From positions 1 through 41,662 of IMG/VR virus record IMGVR_UViG_3300010052_000169: a stretch of 41,662 nt of DNA; one strand, written 5' to 3'. Below the pieces are notes generated by a model. That model had not been told where the DNA came from and did no database searches. It was given only the letters and a program-made list of their open reading frames with translations. The DNA comes from a virus. Its lineage: Duplodnaviria; Caudoviricetes. Below, one piece after another: positions 33,245-41,662 of the stretch; the first letter of the stretch is position 1; each line of letters begins with the position of its first letter. The position numbers were made by a program, and so were the translations under genes.

Positions 33245-33984
33245 GCAACCTCGCGCGCATGGGCCACAACAATCCTCCCGGCCCTATCGAAATCGGTCAG
33301 GTTACGCTTGCCGACGCTTCTCTATGGCTGGCTGAAAACCCGGTTATCGAAACCGAGGAAACCGCCAGAGAAGCGGCGGTGATGGAGAGGCGTGTCAAGG
33401 CATCGTTCGATGAAATTGAAGCCGAGCGCGTCAAGGCAGTAAAGCCGCTGAACGATCAAGTGAAGTCGATCAACGACAATCACAGGGCCGCGCAGAAGCC
33501 GCTCGAAAGCGCCCGCAATACGATCAAGCAGCGTGTGCTTGCGTACATGCAGGCAGAAGAAGCCAAGCGGCGCGCGGAAGCTGCACGGATCGCAGCCGAA
33601 GCCGCAGAAGCCGAACGCATCGCCAGAGAGGCAGAAGCGGCAGAGCGCGAAGCCAAAGAGAACGCCGCACAGGGCGTTGTCGGCGAGGACGTTGTGTCGG
33701 CCACGATCCACGCGGATCAGGCGTTCAGCCGGTTCGAGAGGCTGGACCGCTTGCATTCGATAGCAGCGAAGGACGCCAAGGTCAGGATCGGCACCGGCCA
33801 TGGCCGCGCGCTTTCTCTTCGCACCGTCGAAGTCCTCAGCGTCGATGACGCCTTCAAGGCTCTGAAGGCTATGGGCCTGACAGCGAATTTACGGGAGGCG
33901 TTTCTTACCGAAGCCCGCGCCTACCGGAAGACAACGGGGAACCTCCCCGAGGGCATCAGTGCAACATTCGAGCAGAAGCTATGA
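33241..33984 (+). CDS. Coiled-coil protein of the recombination module
   Basis: GHNNPP, IEAER....KPL, EA/AR-rich helix, LPEGI; directly upstream of the annealase. Confidence 0.7.
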   Translation: MSNLARMGHNNPPGPIEIGQVTLADASLWLAENPVIETEETAREAAVMERRVKASFDEIEAERVKAVKPLNDQVKSINDNHRAAQKPLESARNTIKQRVLAYMQAEEAKRRAEAARIAAEAAEAERIAREAEAAEREAKENAAQGVVGEDVVSATIHADQAFSRFERLDRLHSIAAKDAKVRIGTGHGRALSLRTVEVLSVDDAFKALKAMGLTANLREAFLTEARAYRKTTGNLPEGISATFEQKL

Positions 33985-34646
33985 CCGACACACTCGCGCT
34001 CTGGAATAAGGTCGAGAAGACGCCGCCGTCGCATACGAAGGCTATCACCGGCAAGTCATATCAGGGCACGTCACCAAAACCTCACTACCTCGTTCACAAG
34101 GCGACCGAGACGTTTGGGCCGTGCGGTATCGGTTGGGGTTTCCAGATCGTTGAGGAACGTATCGAGGAAGGCGCTGGCGGCGAGAAGATGCACTTGGCTC
34201 GCGTTCGCGTCTGGTACGAATGGGATGGGAAGCGCGGCGAAGTCGAGCACATCGGCGGCACCCAATTCAGCGGCACCCGCTCTAGCGGCAAGCACTTCAC
34301 CGACGAGGACGCACCGAAGAAATCCGTGACGGACGCGCTTGTAAAGGCGCTCTCCATGATCGGCTTTGCCGGCGACATTTTCATGGGCCGGTACGACGAC
34401 AGTAAATACGTCAACGACCTCAAGAACGAGGACGCGGCCCCCGACGAAAGCACTGTGCTGTTCTTGGCGAAAGCCCGCAAGGAAATCGCCGCGTTCAAGG
34501 ACGTGCAGGCGATGACCGATTGGTGGCTCTCCGACGAGCAAAAGAAAGCCCGGCAAGACCACGGCATCACGCAGAAACAATTGGATGAACTCAAGGGCCT
34601 GCTGACTACGCAGAAGGCCGCCATCGAAGGAAAGAAAGCAGCATGA
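33981..34646 (+). CDS. Rad52/Sak-like single-strand annealing protein
   Basis: TETFGPCGIGWG and DAPKKSVTDALVKALSMIG...DIF motifs. Confidence 0.75.
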   Translation: MTDTLALWNKVEKTPPSHTKAITGKSYQGTSPKPHYLVHKATETFGPCGIGWGFQIVEERIEEGAGGEKMHLARVRVWYEWDGKRGEVEHIGGTQFSGTRSSGKHFTDEDAPKKSVTDALVKALSMIGFAGDIFMGRYDDSKYVNDLKNEDAAPDESTVLFLAKARKEIAAFKDVQAMTDWWLSDEQKKARQDHGITQKQLDELKGLLTTQKAAIEGKKAA

Positions 34647-34897
34647 GCAAGCGTTTCGACGTTCTATCACCGCGACCGAAGAAGGATGGAGGCACGTTCT
34701 GGCATCGCGTCGGGACGGCATTCGAGGGAGAAAAAGGCATCGGCATTGTCTTTGACAGCCTCCCCTTGCCTGACGCGGAAGGCAAGGTTCGCGTCAGCTT
34801 ATTTGAGCCTCGCGAGAAGAACACTGGAAACGCACCGTCCAGGCCGCGCCAAGCTGATCTGGACGATGACGTGCCGTTCAGCGCCGAGTTTCGTTGA
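34643..34897 (+). CDS. Small SSB-like protein
   Basis: W.RVGTAF beta pattern; acidic tail DLDDDVPF. Confidence 0.65.
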   Translation: MSKRFDVLSPRPKKDGGTFWHRVGTAFEGEKGIGIVFDSLPLPDAEGKVRVSLFEPREKNTGNAPSRPRQADLDDDVPFSAEFR

Positions 34898-35214
34898 TGA
34901 CCGACAATCGGCCTATCTCCGAACAATACCGCCTCGCCTCTCTCAGGTGGGTCAGGGCAAACGCTGCTGCTGATCTTCTAGAGGAAACTAAGTCAGCCGT
35001 TCTCTCGCAGAAGATGGCGGCGCTTGGGGATATGCCGGTTTCAAAAGCCGAACTGAAAGTGAAGTCATCCCCGCTTTGGGAAGAACACGTCCAGAAAATT
35101 GTCGATGCCCGCCGAGAAGCGAACGAGCTCAAAGTCGAGGCCGACTATCTGCGGATGAAATTTTACGAGTGGCAGTCCCACGAAGCCAGCAAGCGCGTGG
35201 AGGCCCGGCTGTGA
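34894..35214 (+). CDS. Hypothetical helical protein of the recombination module
   Basis: 106 aa; coupled on both sides. Confidence 0.7.
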   Translation: MMTDNRPISEQYRLASLRWVRANAAADLLEETKSAVLSQKMAALGDMPVSKAELKVKSSPLWEEHVQKIVDARREANELKVEADYLRMKFYEWQSHEASKRVEARL

Positions 35215-35576
35215 CGCGCACCGCTCCAGAGTGGATTGCAGGCCACGACGATCAGGCAATCCCTCCCCGCGTGAAACTTCGTGTTTGGCAGCGAGAAGAC
35301 GGGCGCTGCTATCTGACCGGCAGAAAGATCAGGCCCGGCGACAAGTTCGAGTACGAGCACAAGATTGCTCTGTCCCTTGGTGGCGAGCATCGGGAAACGA
35401 ATATCTTTCTCGCGCTAAGCACCGCTCACAAGAAGAAGACTGCCGAGGATCGCGCGAAGAAAGCCAAGTCGGATTCCATCCGCAAGAAGCATCTCGGCAT
35501 CAAGTCATCCAAGCGAAAGATACCGTACCGGCGCTTTAATGGAGAGCCGGTCAATCCGAACAGGAGAAGCGCATGA
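35211..35576 (+). CDS. HNH endonuclease-like protein
   Basis: GRCYLTG...YEHKIALSLGGEHRETNI...H..KT; GTGA start. Confidence 0.8.
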   Translation: MTRTAPEWIAGHDDQAIPPRVKLRVWQREDGRCYLTGRKIRPGDKFEYEHKIALSLGGEHRETNIFLALSTAHKKKTAEDRAKKAKSDSIRKKHLGIKSSKRKIPYRRFNGEPVNPNRRSA

Positions 35577-35905
35577 CGTTCCGTGTTGGGCAGAAGGTGG
35601 TGTGCGTGGATATGAAGACGAAAGTGTCACCTGTATCGACCGGCTGGAATCACCAATGCGACCTTCCAAAAGAAGGGTCGATATACGAAGTACGTGATGT
35701 TGGCCTAACGCCATATGGTCAGCCGGGGATAAAGCTACACGGAATGGTGGCTGTGGCTCGATATGGCGGGGCGCTAAAGACAGATACCTTTTACAGCGCG
35801 TTCCGCTTCCGCCCCGTAGTAGAGCGCAAGACTTCCATCGAACTATTCCACCAGATCAGGCGAGACGTTGAGAACAACGTGCCTGCGCAGAGTGAGTGCG
35901 TTTGA
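35573..35905 (+). CDS. Hypothetical protein
   Basis: FRVGQKVVCVD N-terminus; RFRPVVERKTSI. Confidence 0.7.
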   Translation: MTFRVGQKVVCVDMKTKVSPVSTGWNHQCDLPKEGSIYEVRDVGLTPYGQPGIKLHGMVAVARYGGALKTDTFYSAFRFRPVVERKTSIELFHQIRRDVENNVPAQSECV

Positions 35906-36426
35906 TGGCGGTGTATCTCAAGCCATGCACTGGTTGCCCGCTGCGTGATGGGTGCGATCAGCGCGACAGATTTCGCAAGCTCGTTTCCGGGCTTGGGTTG
36001 CGCTCAGCAACCTTCAATTGCGAGCGGCTCGCAGAGGCAATCGCTCCCGGTACGCGCATTCTCGTGTCGCACCCGATCCGAGTAGAGACAGGTGGATCAT
36101 ACTACGAAGGCCCACAAGACAAGATAGTCCGCGAGAACCTGCCTGCCACCATCATTCACTCCGGCCGCGACGAGTTTTCTTGCGTCATTGATCGAGACGC
36201 ACTGCACACCGCGATTGAAAGCAACGGCGGCGAGGATGCGGAAACAATAGATACATACCGCTTCCGGCGAACGATGAATGCGCGTCGCATCGTCGGCTTC
36301 CTTGATGAGCCGAAGCGCCGCATCTGCGGATGCGGAAACGCGGTCTTGCCAAACGGTGATTGTGACAAGAGGCCGAACGCAGAGTGCTTCAACGTGCCTG
36401 CGGAACTCGTAGGAGAACGGGCGTGA
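35905..36426 (+). CDS. Cys-rich hypothetical protein
   Basis: CTGCP...C and CGCG...C...C; TGATG-coupled. Confidence 0.65.
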   Translation: MAVYLKPCTGCPLRDGCDQRDRFRKLVSGLGLRSATFNCERLAEAIAPGTRILVSHPIRVETGGSYYEGPQDKIVRENLPATIIHSGRDEFSCVIDRDALHTAIESNGGEDAETIDTYRFRRTMNARRIVGFLDEPKRRICGCGNAVLPNGDCDKRPNAECFNVPAELVGERA

Positions 36427-36794
36427 GAATGAAATCCAAAACCGGAGCAGAGCTTTTGGCTATCTGCAAAGCAGCGCAGGCTGAAATGGGTCGCCGCGAA
36501 ACCTTGCTCAGGGAAAGCAAGAACGCATCAAAAGTCGGGAGATATTTCAAGACGCGGAACAATTACTCCTGCCCCGAGAAGCGCAGCGACTACTGGTGGA
36601 CCTACGAGTTCTGCACCCGCATGGATCAAGACGGAATGTTGAAAACATACCGGTTCGAGACTGACAAGTACGGCAACGTAAGGGTCAATTTCGATCACCA
36701 CGCCTATCACCTTCAATACGCAAAGCCCTGCTCAAAAGGTGAGTTCTACCGGGCATTCAAGAAGATGCAGCGCAAGGTTTCGAGGCTCCCATGA
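36423..36794 (+). CDS. Hypothetical protein
   Basis: GTGA overlap after an AGGAG RBS (alternative ATG at 36429). Confidence 0.65.
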   Translation: MRMKSKTGAELLAICKAAQAEMGRRETLLRESKNASKVGRYFKTRNNYSCPEKRSDYWWTYEFCTRMDQDGMLKTYRFETDKYGNVRVNFDHHAYHLQYAKPCSKGEFYRAFKKMQRKVSRLP

Positions 36795-37186
36795 CTAACG
36801 CATGGCCTCTACCAGAGACTGGAAAGCATACTGAATTGCCGTGGGCTGCAACTACTCGGCAAGGATCGTGGGATTGGGTCGTCTATTCGGCTTCTAAACC
36901 GCACTTGGAAATTTGCCAGCCGTTTCACGATGGTACGGAAGACAACCCGACTGGCGAGGCCAACGCTGCTCTGATCGTCCGCGCAGTCAACGCTCACGAA
37001 GGGCTCGTGAAGGCGTTGGAGGAAGCGCAAGGGCTCTTACGCTTTATTCGACGCGGCATCGCCCGGAAAAAGATCAAGGACGTTTCTGTCGTACCGCCAG
37101 TCCCGCCGGGAGCAAAGGAACTTGATCTAACCAGTCTGAGCGCAATGATCGACGCCGCCCTCAAGCAATCAGAGAGCACGCTATGA
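36791..37186 (+). CDS. Hypothetical phage protein
   Basis: KHT.LPW...ANAALIVRAVNAHE.LV.AL pattern. Confidence 0.7.
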   Translation: MTNAWPLPETGKHTELPWAATTRQGSWDWVVYSASKPHLEICQPFHDGTEDNPTGEANAALIVRAVNAHEGLVKALEEAQGLLRFIRRGIARKKIKDVSVVPPVPPGAKELDLTSLSAMIDAALKQSESTL

Positions 37187-37560
37187 CCCCACCAGAAGAA
37201 GCGGTAGCGCGGATTATTGATCCGCTTGCTTTTTCAAGCCGGCTTATCGATCCAGAAGTATTGGATAAGTTTAAATCCAATGCACTTGAAAAAGCTCGGC
37301 ACATCCTCGCTCTACCCGAGATCGTGAAGATGCAGGAGGCGCAGGAGGCGTTGGCGGTATTGTTTCCTGCCGAGGTAAGATGTGATGCACACTTTGTGGA
37401 TGACGCCGCAGATACCAATCTTGAGGCAGTAATAACTTCCCTTTGGCATAGCAAGGCTGACCCAGCCAGCATTCGTTCTCTGTGGAAGATAGCAGAGAAA
37501 TTGCGTCACGCTCGCGAAACCTACGCCGCCCTCCAACCGCTGAAGAAGGAGGCGGAGTGA
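37183..37560 (+). CDS. Hypothetical protein
   Basis: 125 aa; ATGA-coupled. Confidence 0.65.
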   Translation: MTPPEEAVARIIDPLAFSSRLIDPEVLDKFKSNALEKARHILALPEIVKMQEAQEALAVLFPAEVRCDAHFVDDAADTNLEAVITSLWHSKADPASIRSLWKIAEKLRHARETYAALQPLKKEAE

Positions 37561-37802
37561 TGTTAGCTTTCTCTTCTGTTGGGTCTTTACATAAGCAACT
37601 TGGCGAACTCGAAGAATTGATTGAACGCTGCAAACGTGCATCAAGGGATGGGTTCTTCTCGGGCGATTATTTCTGGCTACTGCCAACTTACAATTACGTC
37701 CGCCCGAACTACGAAAACATCATCAAGGAGTTGACACAAGCGCGCGATGAACGAGTTGCGCAACTTGAAAAGCTCCTTGCAGAACGCAAGGTGTCCTCAT
37801 GA
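37560..37802 (+). CDS. Hypothetical protein
   Basis: 80 aa; TGATG start after GGAGG. Confidence 0.6.
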   Translation: MLAFSSVGSLHKQLGELEELIERCKRASRDGFFSGDYFWLLPTYNYVRPNYENIIKELTQARDERVAQLEKLLAERKVSS

Positions 37803-38653
37803 CCACCAAAGCAAAAGACGGGCGCGAGACGCTGCAAGAGCGGTTGCGAGCACAATATACACCAAAATACATCGCGATTAACGGCGGGATTACTGAGTGG
37901 CAATTGAACCCTGTCTGCATCGAAGCCGCCGACGCCCTCGACGCAGCAGCTCGAAAGGAGCTATTCGACGAAGGGATTATTCGTGTCCTAACGCATGAGC
38001 GCGATGGATGGCGCACCCGCGCCGACGCAGCACAAGCCGAAATAGCGAGGCTGAACGGCCAGCTTCCGAAACCGCCCTATGAAATTCTCGGCGACCCGCG
38101 CGTCTGTGTCGGGGTACAACTCAATGCAAAAACCGGAATGATGGAGCCATATACATCTCAAGCCACCCCTCTCCCCGTAGCGGAGGACGTGGTGGAGCGG
38201 GCAAAGCGCGCGTTGGCGTATGAATTTCCCAACATAAGCGAGCACGTCGCGGAAGAAATTGTAGATAAATTTAATCAACTTGGTCTTCTCCACCAACCGG
38301 AGGCCGCGCCGGAAGGATTGATCCGGAATGCTGCCTTGCAGGAAGCGGCAGCACATCTGCGTGACATGGGATATTGGACGCAGGGAGCGGCGGTGCTTTC
38401 TCTCTGCACCGATGCCTCCGCCCCCGCTCCTGCAAGCGCGCAGGACGATTGGAAGCCGACGCACAGGCACAAGAAGCGCGGATCGACATACGTTGTCGTC
38501 GGGCAGGCTCAAGTCCAATGCGAGGACGGCCTGACTGATTACGAAGTCGCGACCGTCTATCGCGGCCACGATGGGCAACTATGGGTCCGGCGGAAATCGG
38601 AATTTGAAGACGGCCGCTTTGAAGCCCTCTCCGCAACGGGAGGCGCGAAGTGA
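37799..38653 (+). CDS. Mosaic early protein with C-terminal DUF1653-like domain
   Basis: THRHKKRGSTY.VVG...VYR...GQLWVR...EF.DGRF. Confidence 0.7.
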   Translation: MTTKAKDGRETLQERLRAQYTPKYIAINGGITEWQLNPVCIEAADALDAAARKELFDEGIIRVLTHERDGWRTRADAAQAEIARLNGQLPKPPYEILGDPRVCVGVQLNAKTGMMEPYTSQATPLPVAEDVVERAKRALAYEFPNISEHVAEEIVDKFNQLGLLHQPEAAPEGLIRNAALQEAAAHLRDMGYWTQGAAVLSLCTDASAPAPASAQDDWKPTHRHKKRGSTYVVVGQAQVQCEDGLTDYEVATVYRGHDGQLWVRRKSEFEDGRFEALSATGGAK

Positions 38654-38997
38654 GTGCATTGCAATCTACGCCGGAAATGAGGGCTCGTATCCGAGAACTT
38701 TGCACACCGCCGCGCGACGACTTCGACCGAGCAGTAGCGATGTTGCTAGACGATTTCGAGGCATCGCATATTAAGTGGCAGCGCGGGTTCCCAACAGAAA
38801 CTGGAATGTACCTCGTCGAGCTTGCAGATGGCGAGCATATCGTAACGCCGTACACGGCGCAGCCGAGATACATCGAAGCGGACGAAGAATGGAGCCGCAC
38901 AGGCTGGACATGCCTCACGCACTCAAAAGCAACGGTTGTTGCATGGGCTGAATTGCCGAAACGCACCACCACCGGAGGCTCTAGCGATGGCCGGTGA
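38650..38997 (+). CDS. Hypothetical protein (DUF551-like C-terminus)
   Basis: W...P...G.YLV...VVAWAELP. Confidence 0.6.
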   Translation: MSALQSTPEMRARIRELCTPPRDDFDRAVAMLLDDFEASHIKWQRGFPTETGMYLVELADGEHIVTPYTAQPRYIEADEEWSRTGWTCLTHSKATVVAWAELPKRTTTGGSSDGR

Positions 38998-39241
38998 AGA
39001 TCAGGATTTCATCGACGCGAACACAATCTTCGATGAAGACCATGAAGATGATCTCGCAATGTGCTGTGGTCTTGATGATCACGGGCACTGTCAGAACATC
39101 GGCACGGAATGGTGCGATTGGAAGTGCCCGTTCAACCACGAGGCCACGCACAATAATTCTCGCAAACGACGCGAGCGATCAGCACCGCTGCTCGATGTTC
39201 TCGCCGAAGCGCTTGCCAAAGGAGCACCCGATGGCCGGTGA
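38987..39241 (+). CDS. Acidic Cys-rich hypothetical protein
   Basis: CCG...G.C...G.EWCDWKCP; GGAGG RBS. Confidence 0.6.
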   Translation: MAGEDQDFIDANTIFDEDHEDDLAMCCGLDDHGHCQNIGTEWCDWKCPFNHEATHNNSRKRRERSAPLLDVLAEALAKGAPDGR

Positions 39242-39491
39242 AGTGAAGCTGACGGCACACGAAGACCTTCGTCTTCACTGGGATGATTTCTGCGATGCCG
39301 ACCTGTTTGAAGGACGCGATACGTTCGTTGAGCGTATGGAAGCCGCAGGTTTAATAGAACTCGTTCCTGTCAATGATGAGGCTTTGGAAGAAGCCTTTGC
39401 AGCCGAGCGTGGAATTGAGCCCGGCGGAAATATGTGGGTACTCACCCCCGCAGGCCGCGCAGCGCTCAAGAGCGGAGGAGCAGATGCGTAA
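39231..39491 (+). CDS. Hypothetical protein
   Basis: 86 aa; ends LTPAGRAAL; AGGAG RBS. Confidence 0.6.
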   Translation: MAGEVKLTAHEDLRLHWDDFCDADLFEGRDTFVERMEAAGLIELVPVNDEALEEAFAAERGIEPGGNMWVLTPAGRAALKSGGADA

Positions 39492-39666
39492 GCGATACAC
39501 TCTTACCGGCATTGAATTTCACAGGCGTTGGCGAGAAGGCAAGACGATCTGCGACAGCGCCGAAGCGCAGGAACATGTAATTACTCACCACGGGTTCTTC
39601 TCGCTCGATTGGAAAACCTTCAAGTTCATCAGTGAATGGAACAAGGCGCGATCCAATGCCAACTGA
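39484..39666 (+). CDS. Hypothetical protein
   Basis: 60 aa; GGAGGAG RBS. Confidence 0.55.
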   Translation: MRKRYTLTGIEFHRRWREGKTICDSAEAQEHVITHHGFFSLDWKTFKFISEWNKARSNAN

Positions 39667-40069
39667 ATCAGAACTGCTAGCGCTGGTGGAGAGGTTGGAT
39701 GCTCTTGCCGAGCCTACCCGCGAGACCGATGGCGAGATTGCAAAGCTAATTCTCGGATGGACCTATGAGAAGAAAGAACGCTGCCGCCAGCCATACTGGT
39801 TTAAGCCGGGCGCAGAATGGTACTCGCGAGAGGAAAAAGGACCGCCGAGATACACCTCATCCATCGACGCAGCGATGACGCTGGTGCCGGATGGCTTTAA
39901 GTGGAAGGTTGGCTACACAATGCATGTCTCACACGTCGCAGAACTGCGAGATTACCGCGACCAGCCAATTCTCGGAACATTTATTGGAGAATGCGATAGC
40001 AATAGAGCCATCGCCCTTTGCATCGCCGCTATGAAAGCCCGTCTATCGCTATTGAAGGGAGGGGAATAA
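39656..40069 (+). CDS. Hypothetical phage protein
   Basis: P.RE.D.EIA...YTSSIDAAMTLVP...AIALCIAA pattern. Confidence 0.7.
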   Translation: MPTESELLALVERLDALAEPTRETDGEIAKLILGWTYEKKERCRQPYWFKPGAEWYSREEKGPPRYTSSIDAAMTLVPDGFKWKVGYTMHVSHVAELRDYRDQPILGTFIGECDSNRAIALCIAAMKARLSLLKGGE

Positions 40070-40072
40070 GCC

Positions 40073-40411
40073 ATGGATTTTGAGAAGGAAGCAGAGGATT
40101 TGGCGTCTGGTGTTATTTTTAGCAGCGCTACGTTTGAGCAAAACATTAAAACAAGAGTAATCCCGGCTCTCCGCCGCGTCTACGCAGCCGGTCAGGAGAA
40201 TATGCAGAAGAAAGCGTACGAAGCCTGCAAGAAGGTACAGGAGGGCTTCTTGTCGCCGGAATATTCGCTCGGGCAACCGTTAGCATCATTCAGTGAACGG
40301 TTTGCGTGCGGAGAGTGCATCGACGCGATACTAGCCCTGCCGCCAGACGAAGACCCGAAGGTCAACGAATTCGCTCCTCTCGCCACCACCAAGGATATAG
40401 GGCTGGAGTGA
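40073..40411 (+). CDS. Hypothetical protein
   Basis: 112 aa; GGAGGGG RBS. Confidence 0.65.
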   Translation: MDFEKEAEDLASGVIFSSATFEQNIKTRVIPALRRVYAAGQENMQKKAYEACKKVQEGFLSPEYSLGQPLASFSERFACGECIDAILALPPDEDPKVNEFAPLATTKDIGLE

Positions 40412-40671
40412 TGGGGACACGCCTTCTCACAAAATCAGAAGCCGCCGAGCGTTGCTCGATCACGCCTTCAGCCTATGACCAATGGCGGCGGAAGGGCCTA
40501 GTTCCCGGCCCTGTCCCCGGCACCCGCCGCTATGATGCCAAAGCCCTCGATCTGGCCCTTGATAAAGCTATGGGGTTGACTTCCGATGAGCCGACCAAGT
40601 TCCAAGAATGGAAGCGCAAACGTGCGGATCAGGCTGTCAGGGGTAAACCCGGTTCGGAAGCGGCTGGCTGA
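40411..40671 (+). CDS. xis: Excisionase (winged-HTH recombination directionality factor)
   Basis: LLTKSEAAERC.I....YDQWRRKGLVPGP.....RYD; overlaps the int start. Confidence 0.75.
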   Translation: MGTRLLTKSEAAERCSITPSAYDQWRRKGLVPGPVPGTRRYDAKALDLALDKAMGLTSDEPTKFQEWKRKRADQAVRGKPGSEAAG

Positions 40672-41662
40672 TGGCAGCACTCGCCTCTACTACTACCATC
40701 GGCTGACCGGGAAGCGCTTACCAGACGACCCGCAAAGCCCTGAATTTCTCGTCGCGCTTGCCGACGCAAACAAGATAAAGAGCAACCGGCTTGATGGCAC
40801 CCTAGCGGGGCTGGTGAAGGCCTACGAAGATTCGCCAGATTTTAAAGGTCTGGCGGACAGCACGCAGGCTGTTTCCAAATACCTGTTTCGAGTAATCGAT
40901 CGTGAGTACGGCGACCTACCGCTAGACGGCCTTGAAGATCGCGCAGCGGTCCGCTCGGACATGCTCGATTGGCGAGACCGCATGGCGAAGCAATCGCCTC
41001 GCGGGGCTGACAATACGCTTGCGCATCTTGCCCGCGTACTGTCGTGGGGGAAAGAACGCGGGAAAATTCCGGAGAACCCGCTAGCGGGCTTCCGGCGCAT
41101 CTACAGAGCGGACAGAAGCGAAAAAATCTGGCTTCCGGAACATATTGCCGCGTTTCAGCAGATTGCGCCGCTCCCTCTCAAGAACGCCCTGATCCTCGCG
41201 CTTCACACAGGCCAGCGCCAAGGCGACCTGCTTCGGCTCGCTTGGAACGCCTATGACGGGCGGTCACTGGCTATCCGGCAGAGTAAGACAGGAGCGAAAG
41301 TCGTGGTCCCCTGCACTGCCGCCCTCAAAGAACTTTTAGATGCCCTGCCACGCAAGCAGGCGGTGATTCTAACGAGCCCATCAGGGCAGGCTTGGAAGGC
41401 CGACCACTTCAGGCACATATGGCGGGAATACTCGAATAAAGCGGGCCTGAAGGAACTGAATTTCCACGACCTCCGGGGAACGGCGGTGACGATGCTTTCG
41501 GAGGCCGGATGCACCACACAGGAGATTGCCGCGATAACCGGGCACTCGCTGCGCAACGTGGCCTCGATTCTTGAGCGGTATCTGGCGATGACGCGGACCC
41601 TTGCCGAGAATGCTATCGCCAAACTGGAGGCCTATCGCGGTTTGCAAAGTGATCGTAAGTGA
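40622..41662 (+). CDS. int: Tyrosine recombinase / phage integrase
   Basis: Catalytic R (TGQRQGD), K (QSKTG), HDLR, GH and Y (ERY); arm-binding N-terminus RKRLADG...YYYH; likely GTG start at 40622. Confidence 0.95.
   Translation: MRIRLSGVNPVRKRLADGSTRLYYYHRLTGKRLPDDPQSPEFLVALADANKIKSNRLDGTLAGLVKAYEDSPDFKGLADSTQAVSKYLFRVIDREYGDLPLDGLEDRAAVRSDMLDWRDRMAKQSPRGADNTLAHLARVLSWGKERGKIPENPLAGFRRIYRADRSEKIWLPEHIAAFQQIAPLPLKNALILALHTGQRQGDLLRLAWNAYDGRSLAIRQSKTGAKVVVPCTAALKELLDALPRKQAVILTSPSGQAWKADHFRHIWREYSNKAGLKELNFHDLRGTAVTMLSEAGCTTQEIAAITGHSLRNVASILERYLAMTRTLAENAIAKLEAYRGLQSDRK

Larger units (their letters stand above)
1..41662. mobile_element. Temperate P22-like (podovirus-type) prophage of an alphaproteobacterium
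   Basis: Ordered modules for lysis, tail/ejection, head, packaging, late control, replication, cI/cro switch, recombination and xis/int. P22-type portal, coat and gp10; no tape-measure gene. att sites not visible. Confidence 0.95.

Noticed and set aside
1-41662. CRISPR array, diversity-generating retroelement, invertible tail-fibre cassette, attL/attR
   Set aside because: No regular repeat-spacer array, reverse transcriptase or invertase was seen by eye; the window begins at a start codon and ends at the int stop, so att sites probably lie outside.

Overview
The whole window reads as one apparently complete temperate prophage of the P22-like (short-tailed podovirus) type. GcrA and a GAAC-N7-GAAC LexA box point to an alphaproteobacterial host, probably Hyphomicrobiales (inference). 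No att sites are visible inside the window. On the minus strand, right to left: cro; a CII-position gene; VRR-NUC; GcrA; DnaB; a DUF559 nuclease; a replication initiator with iterons; a late regulator with promoter and terminator; TerS; a TerL split into two ORFs; portal; scaffold; P22-type coat; a small head protein; a GT-A glycosyltransferase; gp4- and gp10-like tail proteins; three ejection proteins; tail fibre and tailspike genes; and an expanded lysis cassette. On the plus strand: a methyltransferase + GT32 moron; cI; an exported protein; a hicB/hicA-like pair; the PL early operon (Rad52-like annealase, SSB, HNH, many small ORFs); xis and a tyrosine integrase. Best leads: (1) a glycosyltransferase translationally coupled inside the head operon, a candidate virion glycosylation system, plus a second glycan-modifying moron beside the tailspike; (2) a near-perfect parS site overlapping a LexA box upstream of a non-canonical HicBA pair; (3) a multi-branched ~140 nt structured RNA in the late leader; (4) a CHAP-like amidase and an SGNH esterase coupled to the holin and lysozyme genes; (5) the split terminase. 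All protein family calls come from motif recognition by eye; no searches were run. Many start codons were moved from the ORF track to coupled (A/G)TGA, TAATG or TGATG starts.
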